Assembly: GCA_031546735.1 (NCBI GenBank)
Contig: JAVBJY010000103.1
Coordinates: 1-58,813 of the forward strand
Direction of reading: 5' to 3'
Source: Eubacteriales bacterium
Lineage (GTDB): Bacteria > Bacillota > Clostridia > Lachnospirales > JAVBJY01
Length of the DNA stretch: 58,813 nt
Made by a program: the position numbers and the translations under genes
Notes under the pieces: model-generated
What the model was told of the DNA's origin: nothing
What the model saw: only the letters and a program-made list of their open reading frames with translations
The model's database searches: none
Shown: in pieces, positions 47,284 to 57,400 of the stretch
Layout: each line of letters starts with the position of its first letter
Numbering within the stretch: position 1 is the first letter of the stretch

Positions 47284-47432
47284 TTACGATAACTGATCCA
47301 AAAATTCTTCCAAAGATAGTCCAGCTTGCTGCAAAATAGATTTTAAAGTTCCTTTTGCTATTTCATCATGTAAGGAGATAATCACGATCCTTGTTGGAGA
47401 ATTATTTTCTTCATTAACATATTTTGAACCCT
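47284..47432 (-). pseudogene. hicA: HicA-like toxin remnant (C-terminal two-thirds, no start codon)
   Basis: Hand translation: KGSKYVNEENNSPTRIVIISLHDEIAKGTLKSILQQAGLSLEEFLDQLS*. This resembles the HicA core (..KGSH......HP.KE...GTLRSILKQAGL). The N-terminal dsRBD-like helix and an initiator codon are absent, and the frame overlaps the hicB stop. Confidence 0.45.
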
Positions 47433-47639
47433 TTATATTGCAATCTCCATTGTCGTAATAAATGTTTTCTTGGTCATTGGAGCGTCAATACAGTCCTCAA
47501 AATAAAGCGCCAGCGCCTCTTTTAAATTGGCCATTGCCTCATCCAATGTCTTGCCTTGAGATGCAACATCATTTTCCAAGCATTTCGAAACATACCAATC
47601 ATCTTCTTGCTGAATTACAGCCGTTATATGATAACTCAT
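47433..47639 (-). CDS. hicB: HicB-family antitoxin-like protein
   Basis: 68 aa. YHITAVIQQEDDWYVSKCLENDVASQGKTLDEAMANLKEALALYFED is the typical HicB N-terminal (RNase H-like partial) fold pattern. Confidence 0.65.
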   Translation of the reverse strand: MSYHITAVIQQEDDWYVSKCLENDVASQGKTLDEAMANLKEALALYFEDCIDAPMTKKTFITTMEIAI

Positions 47640-47683
47640 AAATGTACCGCCTTTCTTTTCTAAATCTTTATCTAAGAACCTGT

Positions 47684-47872
47684 TTAATATCTCGCTTTTA
47701 ATGGATTTTGGAGCAAATTTTTTGTTGTGTAAGAAAGCGGCGACCTGATCAAATAATCTTTTGTAAAATCCATATGCAATATGAACATTATGCGGCTATA
47801 AATATCTCTAGCAAGTCTTTGCCATTCTCCTTCACCATATTCATTATAAAAATCTTTTGCTTCACTGTCTAT
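47684..47872 (-). pseudogene. N-terminal stub of a class I SAM-dependent methyltransferase (no ATG, truncated)
   Basis: Hand translation: (I)DSEAKDFYNEYGEGEWQRLARDIYSRIMFILHMDFTKDYLIRSP...*. The FY.EY.E.EW.RL....EF..T pattern is recalled from the N-termini of a methyltransferase family. The SAM-binding GxGxG part is missing. Confidence 0.3.
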
Positions 47873-47923
47873 ATAATACCTCTAAATATGGCGATTTGCC
47901 TTAACTGCCTATTGTGCTCTTAG

Positions 47924-47989
47924 AAATTAACTGAGGTCGGCTAAAAAAATAGCACGTACTGAATGATACATGCCGACCTTAGTTAATTT
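47924..47989. repeat. Long perfect-type hairpin (18-bp stem, 30-nt loop)
   Basis: aaattaactgaggtcggc (47924-47941) pairs with gccgaccttagttaattt (47972-47989), with one G-T pair. It is followed by a second nested structure closed by cagaacga (47991-47998) / tcgttctg (48083-48090). Confidence 0.6.
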
Positions 47990-48180
47990 TCAGAACGAGA
48001 GCTCGGGTTCCTATGGGGAATCAATTATTTTTCCCTTAAAATAGGGATTTGTGGCAAATTTTTTTACCACCGCGTAGTGGTTTCGTTCTGCTTATAACGG
48101 AAAGCTATATCGAGCCAATCTGACCATTCAGTATATAGATAATGACTATAGTGTTAAATTTACACCATGCCCGAAAATGC

Positions 48181-48741
48181 TTATTCGTTACCATAAAGAG
48201 ATTTAGCACGAACGAGGTTTATTGAGTTATTTGAAGGTATCTCTAAAAAATATTCTAGTTGCCATATTTGAGTTTTTTTAGCTTGATAGCTTGTAGGTTT
48301 GTCCCATGGTGGATAAACACGAATTGCTCGTTTTCCATCTTCGCCATTATTTGATACTATACCTTGATGAAACAAAACTGTTTTTGGAAATATAAATTGC
48401 CCAAATTCATTACCTTTTCGGGTACTTATAACAAATAAATCAGCTGGGTTTGATATATCATATGGTTGAATCGCCTCACCATTGATTCTTTCCCACAAAG
48501 TCACAAATTGCCCGACCTTGGTAGGAGTTATTTTGGCAACACGAAATCTAACATAACTGGAGTTTAAGTAAAATATATATGCTCCATACTCAGCATTCTG
48601 TTCTTCAAGTATTGGTTGTGAGCATAAAAATTTACAAGGAGTATAAACAAGCTCATTACTTGCAAGTAGGTCGCTATGAATTGTGTCGGTGGAAGTCCAT
48701 AAATTTTGGTTAATAACGTTTCTTATTTCTTTTTCATCCAT
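48181..48741 (-). CDS. MepB-family protein (function unknown)
   Basis: 186 aa. AKITPTKVGQFVTLWER motif recalled from the MepB family. Confidence 0.55.
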   Translation of the reverse strand: MDEKEIRNVINQNLWTSTDTIHSDLLASNELVYTPCKFLCSQPILEEQNAEYGAYIFYLNSSYVRFRVAKITPTKVGQFVTLWERINGEAIQPYDISNPADLFVISTRKGNEFGQFIFPKTVLFHQGIVSNNGEDGKRAIRVYPPWDKPTSYQAKKTQIWQLEYFLEIPSNNSINLVRAKSLYGNE

Positions 48742-48997
48742 CTACTTTTTCATCCTTTATTACATATATATTTAAAGTTCTATAAGATTAACATAATAAA
48801 TTAAACAACAGTGTGCCATATTATAAAATATAAATTTTGTGCCATGCCAACATTTTTTTATCATTTTACATTATCACCATAACGTTGGTAGTCTCTATTT
48901 TCTGTTGCTTCCCATTATATAAACAATCATTTTTTTCTTATAAACGTGAAAAGCGTTTCATTTAATTGTAGAGCAGCTCCAACTGAAGTTTGAACTT

Positions 48998-50128
48998 CTA
49001 AAAGATTGTTTGCAATAGCCAATATAAGGCTAGCAAAATTAGTAGAAAACCAATATTATAAATTGTAAATTTTTTAAAGTATAGACCAACTTGTTTTTTA
49101 TACACATTGGCAAACAGTTTATAGGAGATGACACTAGCCATAGAAGCAATGAGCGTTCCCACCCCTCCAATGTTGACTCCAACCAGCAGCCGACTGGCGT
49201 CATTTGTAAATTTGGAAAGCAAAATAGCGGCGGGCACATTGCTAATAAGTTGACTGGATATTACGGAGGTCAGCACCGCATTTCTGCCCATCAGTTGTTG
49301 TAACAAGTTTTCAACAACTGATATACCTGACAAATTACCTACAAAAATGAAAATAACAAAGAAAGTAAATAACAAGGGAAAATCTATTTTTGTTAACAAT
49401 TTTTTATCTACTATTAAAGTGACCAGCACTATAATTATTGTGGTTACAGTATAGGAAATTATTGAGAATACGGTCATGACAGACAGAATAAACAGAACAC
49501 CATAAAGTGCAATTTTATTTTTACTAAGGTCTTGCTTTGCTAACTCATTTATTGGCGGCAGATAACTATTTTTCACAAAAAAACAACAGATGACCAAACA
49601 TATTGCGCCAGTTAATACATAAGGAAGTATTGTGAACACAAAAACGCCTAGACTCATGTTATAATGGGAGAAAATATATAAATTCTGAGGATTCCCCACA
49701 GGCGTAAGGCTAGACCCAATATTGGCAGCTATTGTTTGTAAGACAACAACATACGCTGTCCACTGCTCCTGTTGGCACATAAAAAGTACCGATATAGCAA
49801 TAGGCACTAGGGCAATTAATGCCACATCATTTGTCATAAACATGGATGTTAAAAATGCACCAAATACAAGAAAAAAAACGAGAGAACGAGTGCTTCGCAA
49901 ATGAGATAGTGCTACCCTTGAAACTGTATCCAATAAGCCCTCTCGTTCCATTCCCTTAATGGAAACCATCAAACAAAACAGGCAAGCTAGCGTTTTCCAA
50001 TCTATATACTGTATATAATTACCCGACGGTGGCACCATAAATATGGATACCACAGCACAGATGGTTGCTATAATTAACACAGGTTCTTTTTCAAACCAGA
50101 AAACAAAATACTTTTGAATAAGCTTCAA
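48998..50128 (-). CDS. ArsB/NhaD-superfamily (citrate-transporter-like) anion permease
   Basis: Polytopic membrane protein. Start moved to a TTG (50128) 6 nt after GGAGG. Substrate unknown. Confidence 0.5.
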   Translation of the reverse strand: MKLIQKYFVFWFEKEPVLIIATICAVVSIFMVPPSGNYIQYIDWKTLACLFCLMVSIKGMEREGLLDTVSRVALSHLRSTRSLVFFLVFGAFLTSMFMTNDVALIALVPIAISVLFMCQQEQWTAYVVVLQTIAANIGSSLTPVGNPQNLYIFSHYNMSLGVFVFTILPYVLTGAICLVICCFFVKNSYLPPINELAKQDLSKNKIALYGVLFILSVMTVFSIISYTVTTIIIVLVTLIVDKKLLTKIDFPLLFTFFVIFIFVGNLSGISVVENLLQQLMGRNAVLTSVISSQLISNVPAAILLSKFTNDASRLLVGVNIGGVGTLIASMASVISYKLFANVYKKQVGLYFKKFTIYNIGFLLILLALYWLLQTIF

Positions 50129-50324
50129 ATCTATACCTCCGGTGGCAATTGCGGTAACTCTATTTAAAATGCAGTTATCTTGAAATCTGTACACAATGGT
50201 AGAAAAGTCAAATCCCCATTATATCAATAATGAGAAGTTCCTTTTCTTTGAAATAACAAACCCACAGCAGTGACTTTTTACAAAGTGCTCAAAGTGGGTT
50301 ACGAACCATCAATACACCTATCGT

Positions 50325-50543
50325 TTACTCATTGTGAACAACCATAAAAGGCTTACTGCCCTCGGCTTCCACCACATCATTGGCATACACTTTTTTTCGT
50401 GTTTCATGCGCAGTTACGCCATTTACTTTTACTTGTCCCATCGATATTAATATTTTGGCATCCGAACCCTGTCCCACAATGCAAGATAATTTTAATACTT
50501 GATTTAATTTGATATAGTCTGTATTGATTGTAATTTTATCCAT
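50325..50543 (-). CDS. S4-domain RNA-binding protein (YaaA-like)
   Basis: 72 aa. IKLNQVLKLSCIVGQGSDAKILISMGQVKVNG is the S4 alpha-L motif. Confidence 0.7.
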   Translation of the reverse strand: MDKITINTDYIKLNQVLKLSCIVGQGSDAKILISMGQVKVNGVTAHETRKKVYANDVVEAEGSKPFMVVHNE

Positions 50544-50608
50544 TTTTTCTCCTCTACGCGAAAAACTTCGCTATTCATTTGTTCCGCTAACTTACAGCAT
50601 TCAATTTT

Positions 50609-51268
50609 TCATTTCCCTATCAGTCTTGCTTTCAAAAATTTCTTATACGTCTGCTCTACCGTTTCATGGTGCACATTGGTGGCATCAAACTTTAGCAGTC
50701 TGAACGTAATCTGTACACAAAATCCCACGGCAAACACAGAAACAACCGTCCCCACACCAACCATACCGCCGAGCATCCATCCAATCACCACCACAAATAG
50801 CTCGATACTCGTACGGCAAACACCAATTGGCAGCTTTGTTTTCCGGGTAATGGCAACCATCAGGCTATCTCTAGGGCCTGCTCCAAACGCAGACCCTATA
50901 TAAAAATAAGAACCCAACGCAATAATAAATAGCCCTATGATCAACATGGCAAGCCCAAGCACAAAGTTGGTTGCCGTTGGTATGATATGTAACCAAATAA
51001 TAAAATCCAAACTTACCCCAATGAATATCATATTTGCAATCGTCCCGATTCCAATTTTTTCTTTAAAGAGGAGCGCGACCAAAACGATTACGAGCCCCGC
51101 TAAAATGGATGCCATTCCGATGCTGATTCCCGTGACAGATGCGATGCCTACATGAAAAACTTCCCACGGCGCGTATCCGATATTGGCATTCAGTGTAAAT
51201 ACGATTCCAAGCGCATATAGAAAAAGCCCCCCAAACAATCTTAATAAACGAATTGCGTACCCCTTCAT
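50609..51268 (-). CDS. YczE/YitT-like integral membrane protein
   Basis: Start moved to MKGYAIRL behind AAGGTGG. Conserved GYAPWEVFHVG-type motif. Confidence 0.55.
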   Translation of the reverse strand: MKGYAIRLLRLFGGLFLYALGIVFTLNANIGYAPWEVFHVGIASVTGISIGMASILAGLVIVLVALLFKEKIGIGTIANMIFIGVSLDFIIWLHIIPTATNFVLGLAMLIIGLFIIALGSYFYIGSAFGAGPRDSLMVAITRKTKLPIGVCRTSIELFVVVIGWMLGGMVGVGTVVSVFAVGFCVQITFRLLKFDATNVHHETVEQTYKKFLKARLIGK

Positions 51269-51398
51269 ACTAAAAAACCACCTTATCTCATTATTATTAA
51301 TCTTTAGAAAGTAATGGCTCATAACGTCCATTACATATTTTTGTCTCTGCCTGTTGTCTGAGTAATAGAATAAGAAATGGGCAGTCATCAAACTAGAA

Positions 51399-52661
51399 TT
51401 ATGCCTGTTTTATATATCGTATCAAATCTTTAAACTTCGGTGTATTGCCATATAACATACAGCACACGCGGTAGATTTTGGTGCAGACATAGCCCACCCC
51501 TAGCAGATAAAGGATATTGAGCAAAATCCCAATCAGCATTTCCCACGTCGGAATATCCGTTACACACACCCGCATGAACAAAACAAGCGGCGAAAAGAAC
51601 GGCACAAATGACAATACCTTAATGTACGTGGCGTCTGCATTCGCCATGCCGGTTATGGCGACCATGAACGAAGCAAGAATAAACATGACCGGAATCGTTG
51701 CCACAACATTTGCATCCTCCATGCGGCTGACGGTTGAGCCACATGCAGCATAAAGAAAAGCGAATGTAAAGAAGCCAAGCAGAAAAAAGACAATCGCATA
51801 TAGAAACATACCAGACGACAACGACATCTTGATAACAGTGCCCACCACGGGAGACAACGTCATCCATGATGCCTCATTTCCCTTCAGCAAGAGGAATGTA
51901 AACACGATAAACAGCCCAAACTGCGTCAGCCCTGCGCACCCTGTCCCGATTACTTTGCCGAAGATAAGCTGAAGAGGTTTTGCCGATGTGGTCAAAAGCT
52001 CCATTGTTTTGGTGGATTTTTCGGTAACGACCGAAGCCATTACGTATTGCCCATAAATGATAATCGTGAAGTAAAGCAAAAACAACATGCTATACCCGAG
52101 CCAGAAAAATTGTGATATATCTTTTCCGACCGAAATAATGTCTCCTTTGGGTTGCGCTTCCTGTATCGCGCTGACTTGCGTAGGCGAAAGCCCCGCCTTA
52201 CCCAAAACGTCCGCTTGATAGCCAGATCGGATCATGTCGTCTATTCTTCTGCCCGAACTCTTTATAAATTGGGTTCCCTTTTGATATAGCTGATACGAGA
52301 GCCCATTGATCGAAAGCACCATGTCGAGATCGCCGCTTTTTACTTTGTTTTCTGCCCCTTCATCCGAGTCAAGCCTTATCCATTCATATTGCGGTAGGCT
52401 TACGGCCAGTATTTCATTTGAATACATACCAGAAGGGTCGAAAATGCCGGCTTTTTCCTTCTTATCTCCTGATTTGGGGGCGGAATCCCCCTTGACAAAT
52501 ACACTGGTCATGGACGAAAATCCATTTTTCAGCGCCGGGAAGCTTCCGAAGATTCCGGCACTCAGCAACATGATGACCGTCATAATGATAAACGGCTTGC
52601 TTTTTATATAATTTGTGTACTCGAATTTGAATACCGTTCTAAACTGTCTCATGCTCTCCAC
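51399..52661 (-). CDS. ABC-2 type exporter permease (NatB-like)
   Basis: 420 aa. N-terminal TM helix, large extracytoplasmic loop, then five C-terminal TM helices. Overlaps the stop of the ATPase gene. Confidence 0.7.
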   Translation of the reverse strand: MESMRQFRTVFKFEYTNYIKSKPFIIMTVIMLLSAGIFGSFPALKNGFSSMTSVFVKGDSAPKSGDKKEKAGIFDPSGMYSNEILAVSLPQYEWIRLDSDEGAENKVKSGDLDMVLSINGLSYQLYQKGTQFIKSSGRRIDDMIRSGYQADVLGKAGLSPTQVSAIQEAQPKGDIISVGKDISQFFWLGYSMLFLLYFTIIIYGQYVMASVVTEKSTKTMELLTTSAKPLQLIFGKVIGTGCAGLTQFGLFIVFTFLLLKGNEASWMTLSPVVGTVIKMSLSSGMFLYAIVFFLLGFFTFAFLYAACGSTVSRMEDANVVATIPVMFILASFMVAITGMANADATYIKVLSFVPFFSPLVLFMRVCVTDIPTWEMLIGILLNILYLLGVGYVCTKIYRVCCMLYGNTPKFKDLIRYIKQA

Positions 52662-53571
52662 CTGCCTTTTCTACAAAAATTTCTTCAAGCGTGGGTTCGC
52701 ACACCCGCAAGGAATCAATACCGAGGTCGGCTTTTGCTATGCTGTGAAAGAAACGGTTTTTGTCGTTCTCGTTTTTAAGCGTAATAATGCAGCCGGGGCC
52801 TTCTACCAAAGAATTGGTTACGAATGAGCGAAACTCCGCGTCCGCGTCGAGTTTCTTTTTAAGCCCGACGGGGTCGTCATTTTCGGGAATCATCAGAATC
52901 CGATCTCTCGGATATGATTTTTTAATCTTACGCAAATTTCCATCCAGAACGATTTTGCCCTCGTTAATAATGCAAATATCGTCACAAAATTCCTCCACAT
53001 AGCCCATTTGATGGCTTGAAAAAACAACCATCCTGTTCTCTTTGACCAGTTCCAACACCATGTCTTTTAAAATCTTTGCGTTTACTGGGTCGAGACCAGA
53101 AAAAGGCTCGTCCAAAATAACGATCTCTGGATCGTTGATGAGTGCGATCGCAAGCTGAATTTTTTGTTGATTGCCCTTCGAGAGAGTGGACAGTCTCTTT
53201 TTGTAGTGTTCACCCGCGTCGAGCTTCTCGAGCAACAGCTTCCCGCGCGCTTTGGCGTCGGCAGGCTTCATGCCGCGAAGCTCACCTATGTATGACATTT
53301 GCTCGGATATAATGCGTTTGGGGTAAAGCCCGCGCTCCTCTGGCAGATAACCAATCTTGTTTAAAAATTGTTTACTCGGTTTTCCGTCTATCCTAGCGGT
53401 TCCGCTGTCGGCAGGGAACAAATCCATAATCACGCGGATTGTTGTTGTTTTTCCAGAGCCATTACGCCCTAGAAGCCCCATCGATACCCCACTTTTCGCT
53501 GTAAAAGAAACATCTTTCAGTACATGGTGTGATCCAAAGCTTTTGTTGACATTTTCGAGTTCCAGTAGCAA
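52639..53571 (-). CDS. ABC transporter ATP-binding protein (NatA-like)
   Basis: TTG start (53571) 6 nt after AAAGGAGGG. Walker A GRNGSGKTT, signature LSKGNQQK, Walker B IVILDEP. Confidence 0.85.
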   Translation of the reverse strand: MLLELENVNKSFGSHHVLKDVSFTAKSGVSMGLLGRNGSGKTTTIRVIMDLFPADSGTARIDGKPSKQFLNKIGYLPEERGLYPKRIISEQMSYIGELRGMKPADAKARGKLLLEKLDAGEHYKKRLSTLSKGNQQKIQLAIALINDPEIVILDEPFSGLDPVNAKILKDMVLELVKENRMVVFSSHQMGYVEEFCDDICIINEGKIVLDGNLRKIKKSYPRDRILMIPENDDPVGLKKKLDADAEFRSFVTNSLVEGPGCIITLKNENDKNRFFHSIAKADLGIDSLRVCEPTLEEIFVEKAGGEHETV

Positions 53572-53620
53572 GATAATCCCTCCTTTTGATCTTCCACAAA
53601 CATGCCTTAAATACAAACTG

Positions 53621-53649
53621 ATAATACCAGAAAATATAAATGGATGCAA
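53621..53649 (-). promoter_or_regulatory. Promoter of the ABC-2 exporter operon
   Basis: Minus strand: TTGCAT (53649-53644), 17 nt spacer, TGGTATTAT (TATTAT at 53626-53621). Confidence 0.5.
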
Positions 53650-53726
53650 TTTTTAAATGCCCAAGATCGCTCGTGACAAAAACAATAGGCTTCGAATGAC
53701 CCGTACAAAGGTTGCCTGCTACAGCA

Positions 53727-53763
53727 AAAGGGCGGCTCCCTCATGGATGAGAAGCCGCCCTTT
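53727..53763. repeat. Third copy of the GGGCGGCT(T)CCC...AAGCCGCCC hairpin family
   Basis: aaagggcggct / agccgcccttt, an 11-bp stem with loop ccctcatggatgaga. Compare loop ccctgtgaatgga at 47217-47229. Confidence 0.65.
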
Positions 53764-54022
53764 CGTATATGTTCTTTCTTACACATTTTATTACAATATT
53801 ACAACTCTACACTTGTCAAACCTGTCCAAAAGAATTATACTACACATAACGCGATATGTTGATTGCGTTATAAACTTTTCATGAATGAAAGCAACAGCCC
53901 AATGGGTGACACAAACACCCAAAGCCATATACCATTATAAAAGAAGAGCCTGTTATGGACGAGTTTGCGTTCATCTTTCTTTCATTCCACGTTTTTTTAA
54001 CCTAAGGAGTGATAGAAAAGGC

Positions 54023-54325
54023 ATGAACGAGCAAGAAAAAGAGCCAGAGCGACATGTTTATAGCCACCGCAAGTGCTCCAACTGTGGTCACACGGAGGAG
54101 CTAACCCCGGCGGCGGCGCACCGATACCAGTTAGAGCTATTGTTAATGATAACAGCAGACTGCGCCATGATGAAAGAACGGATGCGCACGCCGCTTGTGC
54201 GCATGTACCAACAAGGCCATGAAACAGAAAAATATGATTTATGCTTGTGTATAATAGACACCAACGTGAACACGATGATTCGGTACATCCACTCCGATTT
54301 ACATCGTTTAGGCGTTATAAAATGA
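54023..54325 (+). CDS. Hypothetical small protein with a CxxC pair
   Basis: 100 aa from the ATG at 54023 (MNEQEKEPERHVYSHRKCSNCGH...). AAGGAG lies 13 nt upstream, which is long spacing, and the track start at 53885 has no RBS. No family recognised. Confidence 0.35.
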   Translation: MNEQEKEPERHVYSHRKCSNCGHTEELTPAAAHRYQLELLLMITADCAMMKERMRTPLVRMYQQGHETEKYDLCLCIIDTNVNTMIRYIHSDLHRLGVIK

Positions 54326-54333
54326 AAGCATGA

Positions 54334-54367
54334 AATAGCCCACACCTATAAAAAGGTGCGGGCTATT
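54334..54367. terminator. Bidirectional terminator between convergent genes
   Basis: aatagcccacacc / ggtgcgggctatt (13 bp, one mismatch) with an A/T loop. Confidence 0.65.
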
Positions 54368-54450
54368 CTAATTTAAAAAGAAATCTATACTGCTTAAAGG
54401 ATCAAAGTTGGTGTGCCAAAAGGAAGAATATCTTCATGCTGTACATTCTT

Positions 54451-57400
54451 TTACTGCTTCAAATAATTGATATCGATTGATTTTTCATACGTTTCATCTT
54501 CAAAGTTTGTGACGATTAGCGTGATTGCATTATGTCCACCTTTTAGTTCTAGCTTTCCAGAATCAAAATCATATCGAGTTTGTTTATCATACTCCTCGCC
54601 AGAATACAATACTTCGTCAAAGATAACGCCATTGTTCTCATTCTGAATCTTATAAGCGATACTCTGGATGCCTCTTCTGTCAACAACCGTGCCCGCCAAA
54701 GAAAAATAAGGTGAAGACGTTTCGGTATCATAGTCATCCAAAACAATCTCTGGTATCTGGCGGCCATCACGCCCTAACTCATATATAGTTTTATCACCCA
54801 TAAGTGCAATCTGTGAACTATATCCTGCCGATATTTCTTGTACCGTGCCAATGTCAATTTTTTTGCCTACATACTTCATCTGAATGGCACTTGAAGGATC
54901 CGGATTGCCAAACCCATAAAGTTCGCCGCGGCTATCCACCAGACATGTATAGTAAGCGCCAGCGTCTATTTTTTTGGCTTTAATTGGCATCGTATACCCC
55001 ATCTTCGGCAAGGATATAGGGACAAGCCTTGTCTGAGATGTCGTGTATGCCGCGCCTAATTGACCATCATCAGCCTTGCCACATCCACGCAACAAATCTT
55101 CACTCGCCATTACAATCGTATGATAGCCACCCGCCGATACGTAGGCATCGCGTCCGATGTTCTCGATAGACACAGGTTTTCTGACTGTCGCGGTGCTTCC
55201 GTTTCCGAGTTGGCCATATGTGTTGTCGCCCCATGTATATAGTGTACCATCTGTCTTCAAAAGTACACTATGATCTATGCCAGCTGATACCTGCTTGATA
55301 GAGGTGAGATTGGCAATTCTTATTGGTATATTGCGATTTGATTTCGCCGCATCACTCTCGTTTGTGCCGAGTTGGTTTTTATCATTTGCGCCCCATATCC
55401 ATGCTTCATTGTCTTGTGTCAAGGCCATAACATGTCGATCGCCGGCCGATATACTTTTTATTCTTGCCGTATACGGTAGCGCTACCCGTACGGGTTCGGT
55501 GTTGTCTACCCATGTTCCATCGCCTAACTGCCCATAACCGTTGCTTCCCCATGCCCACACTGCCCCAAATTCATCCACGGCCATGCTATAGTTGGTTCCG
55601 GCTGCTATGTCCACAATATAACTGACTGGCACTTCGCATGGGGTTTGCCTGTCATTTTTGTCGCCTAGCCCCAGTTGCCCGTTGCTATTGTTCCCCCATG
55701 TCCAGACTGTGCCGTCTGCTTTTAACAGCATATGATGGTTCTTACCTTCAGATACTTTTACGGTTCTAGATATCGCTTTGCCGACTTTTGCCCATTCGTA
55801 TACGACGTCACGACTTCCTACACCCACTTGGCCATAAAAGTTAAACCCTATGCCCCACATTGTACCGTCATTTTTTGAATAGAGAAAATCATCTTTTGCA
55901 GCCGAAACGCTTGTCACACCTGTTATTGATTGAAATGTTTCTGGATAAGGCGCAAATCCAGGATCACCTACAAGCGTAAGTTTACCATCCGTCCCTAAGC
56001 AAGTTGCATATTCTAAAGAACAATCCAAACTTTTTACATCTGTACCTTCTGGGCACAAGCGCTTAGACACAGGTACAAACGTGTGATAATATGGTTTTAT
56101 ATTGCCCCATGCATCATAATTGTCATATAGATACCACCCAAGCGTCACTTCGTAATCTGTGTCGCCACATCCATATACGGCGCCAGAACTTGTCACAACA
56201 AAATTGGTGTAGTTGCTGGCAAAGATGTCTTTGCACTCACCGCTATTATTGTCACTAAATTTGATCATCCGTGGAACATTCGACTTTAATACCTGTTCGC
56301 CTTGCCCCAATCCATAGCCAGATCCCCAACTCCATACTTTATGGGTAACCCTTTCAAGAGCAAAGCTCACGCCATCCCCGGCCGACAGTTTATCAATGTA
56401 TACATGCGGTGGAAAACTTATTTCTACAGGATATGCTTTATAACTGGTCGTTGACGTGCCGATTCCAAGTGTGCTATAATCCGCCCCATTATACCCCCAT
56501 GAATAAATATGTCCATCAACGTTATTCACAGCCAAAACGTGGTTACGACCTGCCGATATATATTCTATATTGTTTAGTCCCGGTATTTGCATTGGAATAT
56601 TTCTGTTTGAAGTTGTATTGATTCCGAGCTGCCCATAATTTGAACGGCCGCAAGACCAAACTCGCCCGCCCCCTTGGCGCATTATGCTAAAGCCATCACC
56701 CGCAGATACGTCTCTAATGCTGTCGACGCCCATCATTTGTCTTGGTATCAGATCATCCTCATATGTTCCGTTTCCAAGTTGTCCATATGTATTATTGCCC
56801 CATGCCCAAACGGTTCCGTCTGACTTTAAGGCAAGCGTATGCGTATTGGAAGAGCTGATTTTGATTGTCTTAGTTGCATTAAACAGGGTCATTTCTTTGC
56901 TCACATCTTGGTTGGTGTTTGGTGTGAACTCATCTTTTGCATTGACGTTGGCAATATCATTTTTAATCTCACCATTTAATGAATCTGCTATGTTTAATTT
57001 GCTCGACTGGTTCACATACTGGCTAAGTGGTGATATTTTATCTGAACCTTGTACCAATGCTGATTTTATTTCATTTGCGTCAAAACTTTTGTTGTTTGAT
57101 TTAATTAAAGCGGCGGCGCCTGTGACAACTGCGGCCGACATAGATGTACCTGTGATGGTTCCTCTTTCGTTATTGGGGAAAGTACTCTCTATCTCTTTCC
57201 CACAAGCTGCTATATCTACACTATTTTGTCCAAAGTTTGAAAAATAGGACAATCCACCATCAACATTTGCGCTCGTAACACTGATTACATTTGGCAAGTC
57301 GTATGCCGCCGGATAGATTGGAGTTTCGTCAAGGTTAACCCGCCCATTTCCTGCTGCACAGACAAAGAGAATCTCAGGTGCATTTTCTATTGCTTCTTTA

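Noticed and set aside
47708-47923. 71-aa plus-strand ORF (MEQIFCCVRKRRPDQ...)
   Set aside because: It is antisense to the methyltransferase-like stub, Cys/Ile/Phe-rich, and has no RBS. Most likely non-coding.
53885-54022. Longer 146-aa version of the small CxxC protein
   Set aside because: The upstream ATG has no Shine-Dalgarno sequence, and the extra residues are basic and hydrophobic junk-like. The shorter form is itself only weakly supported.
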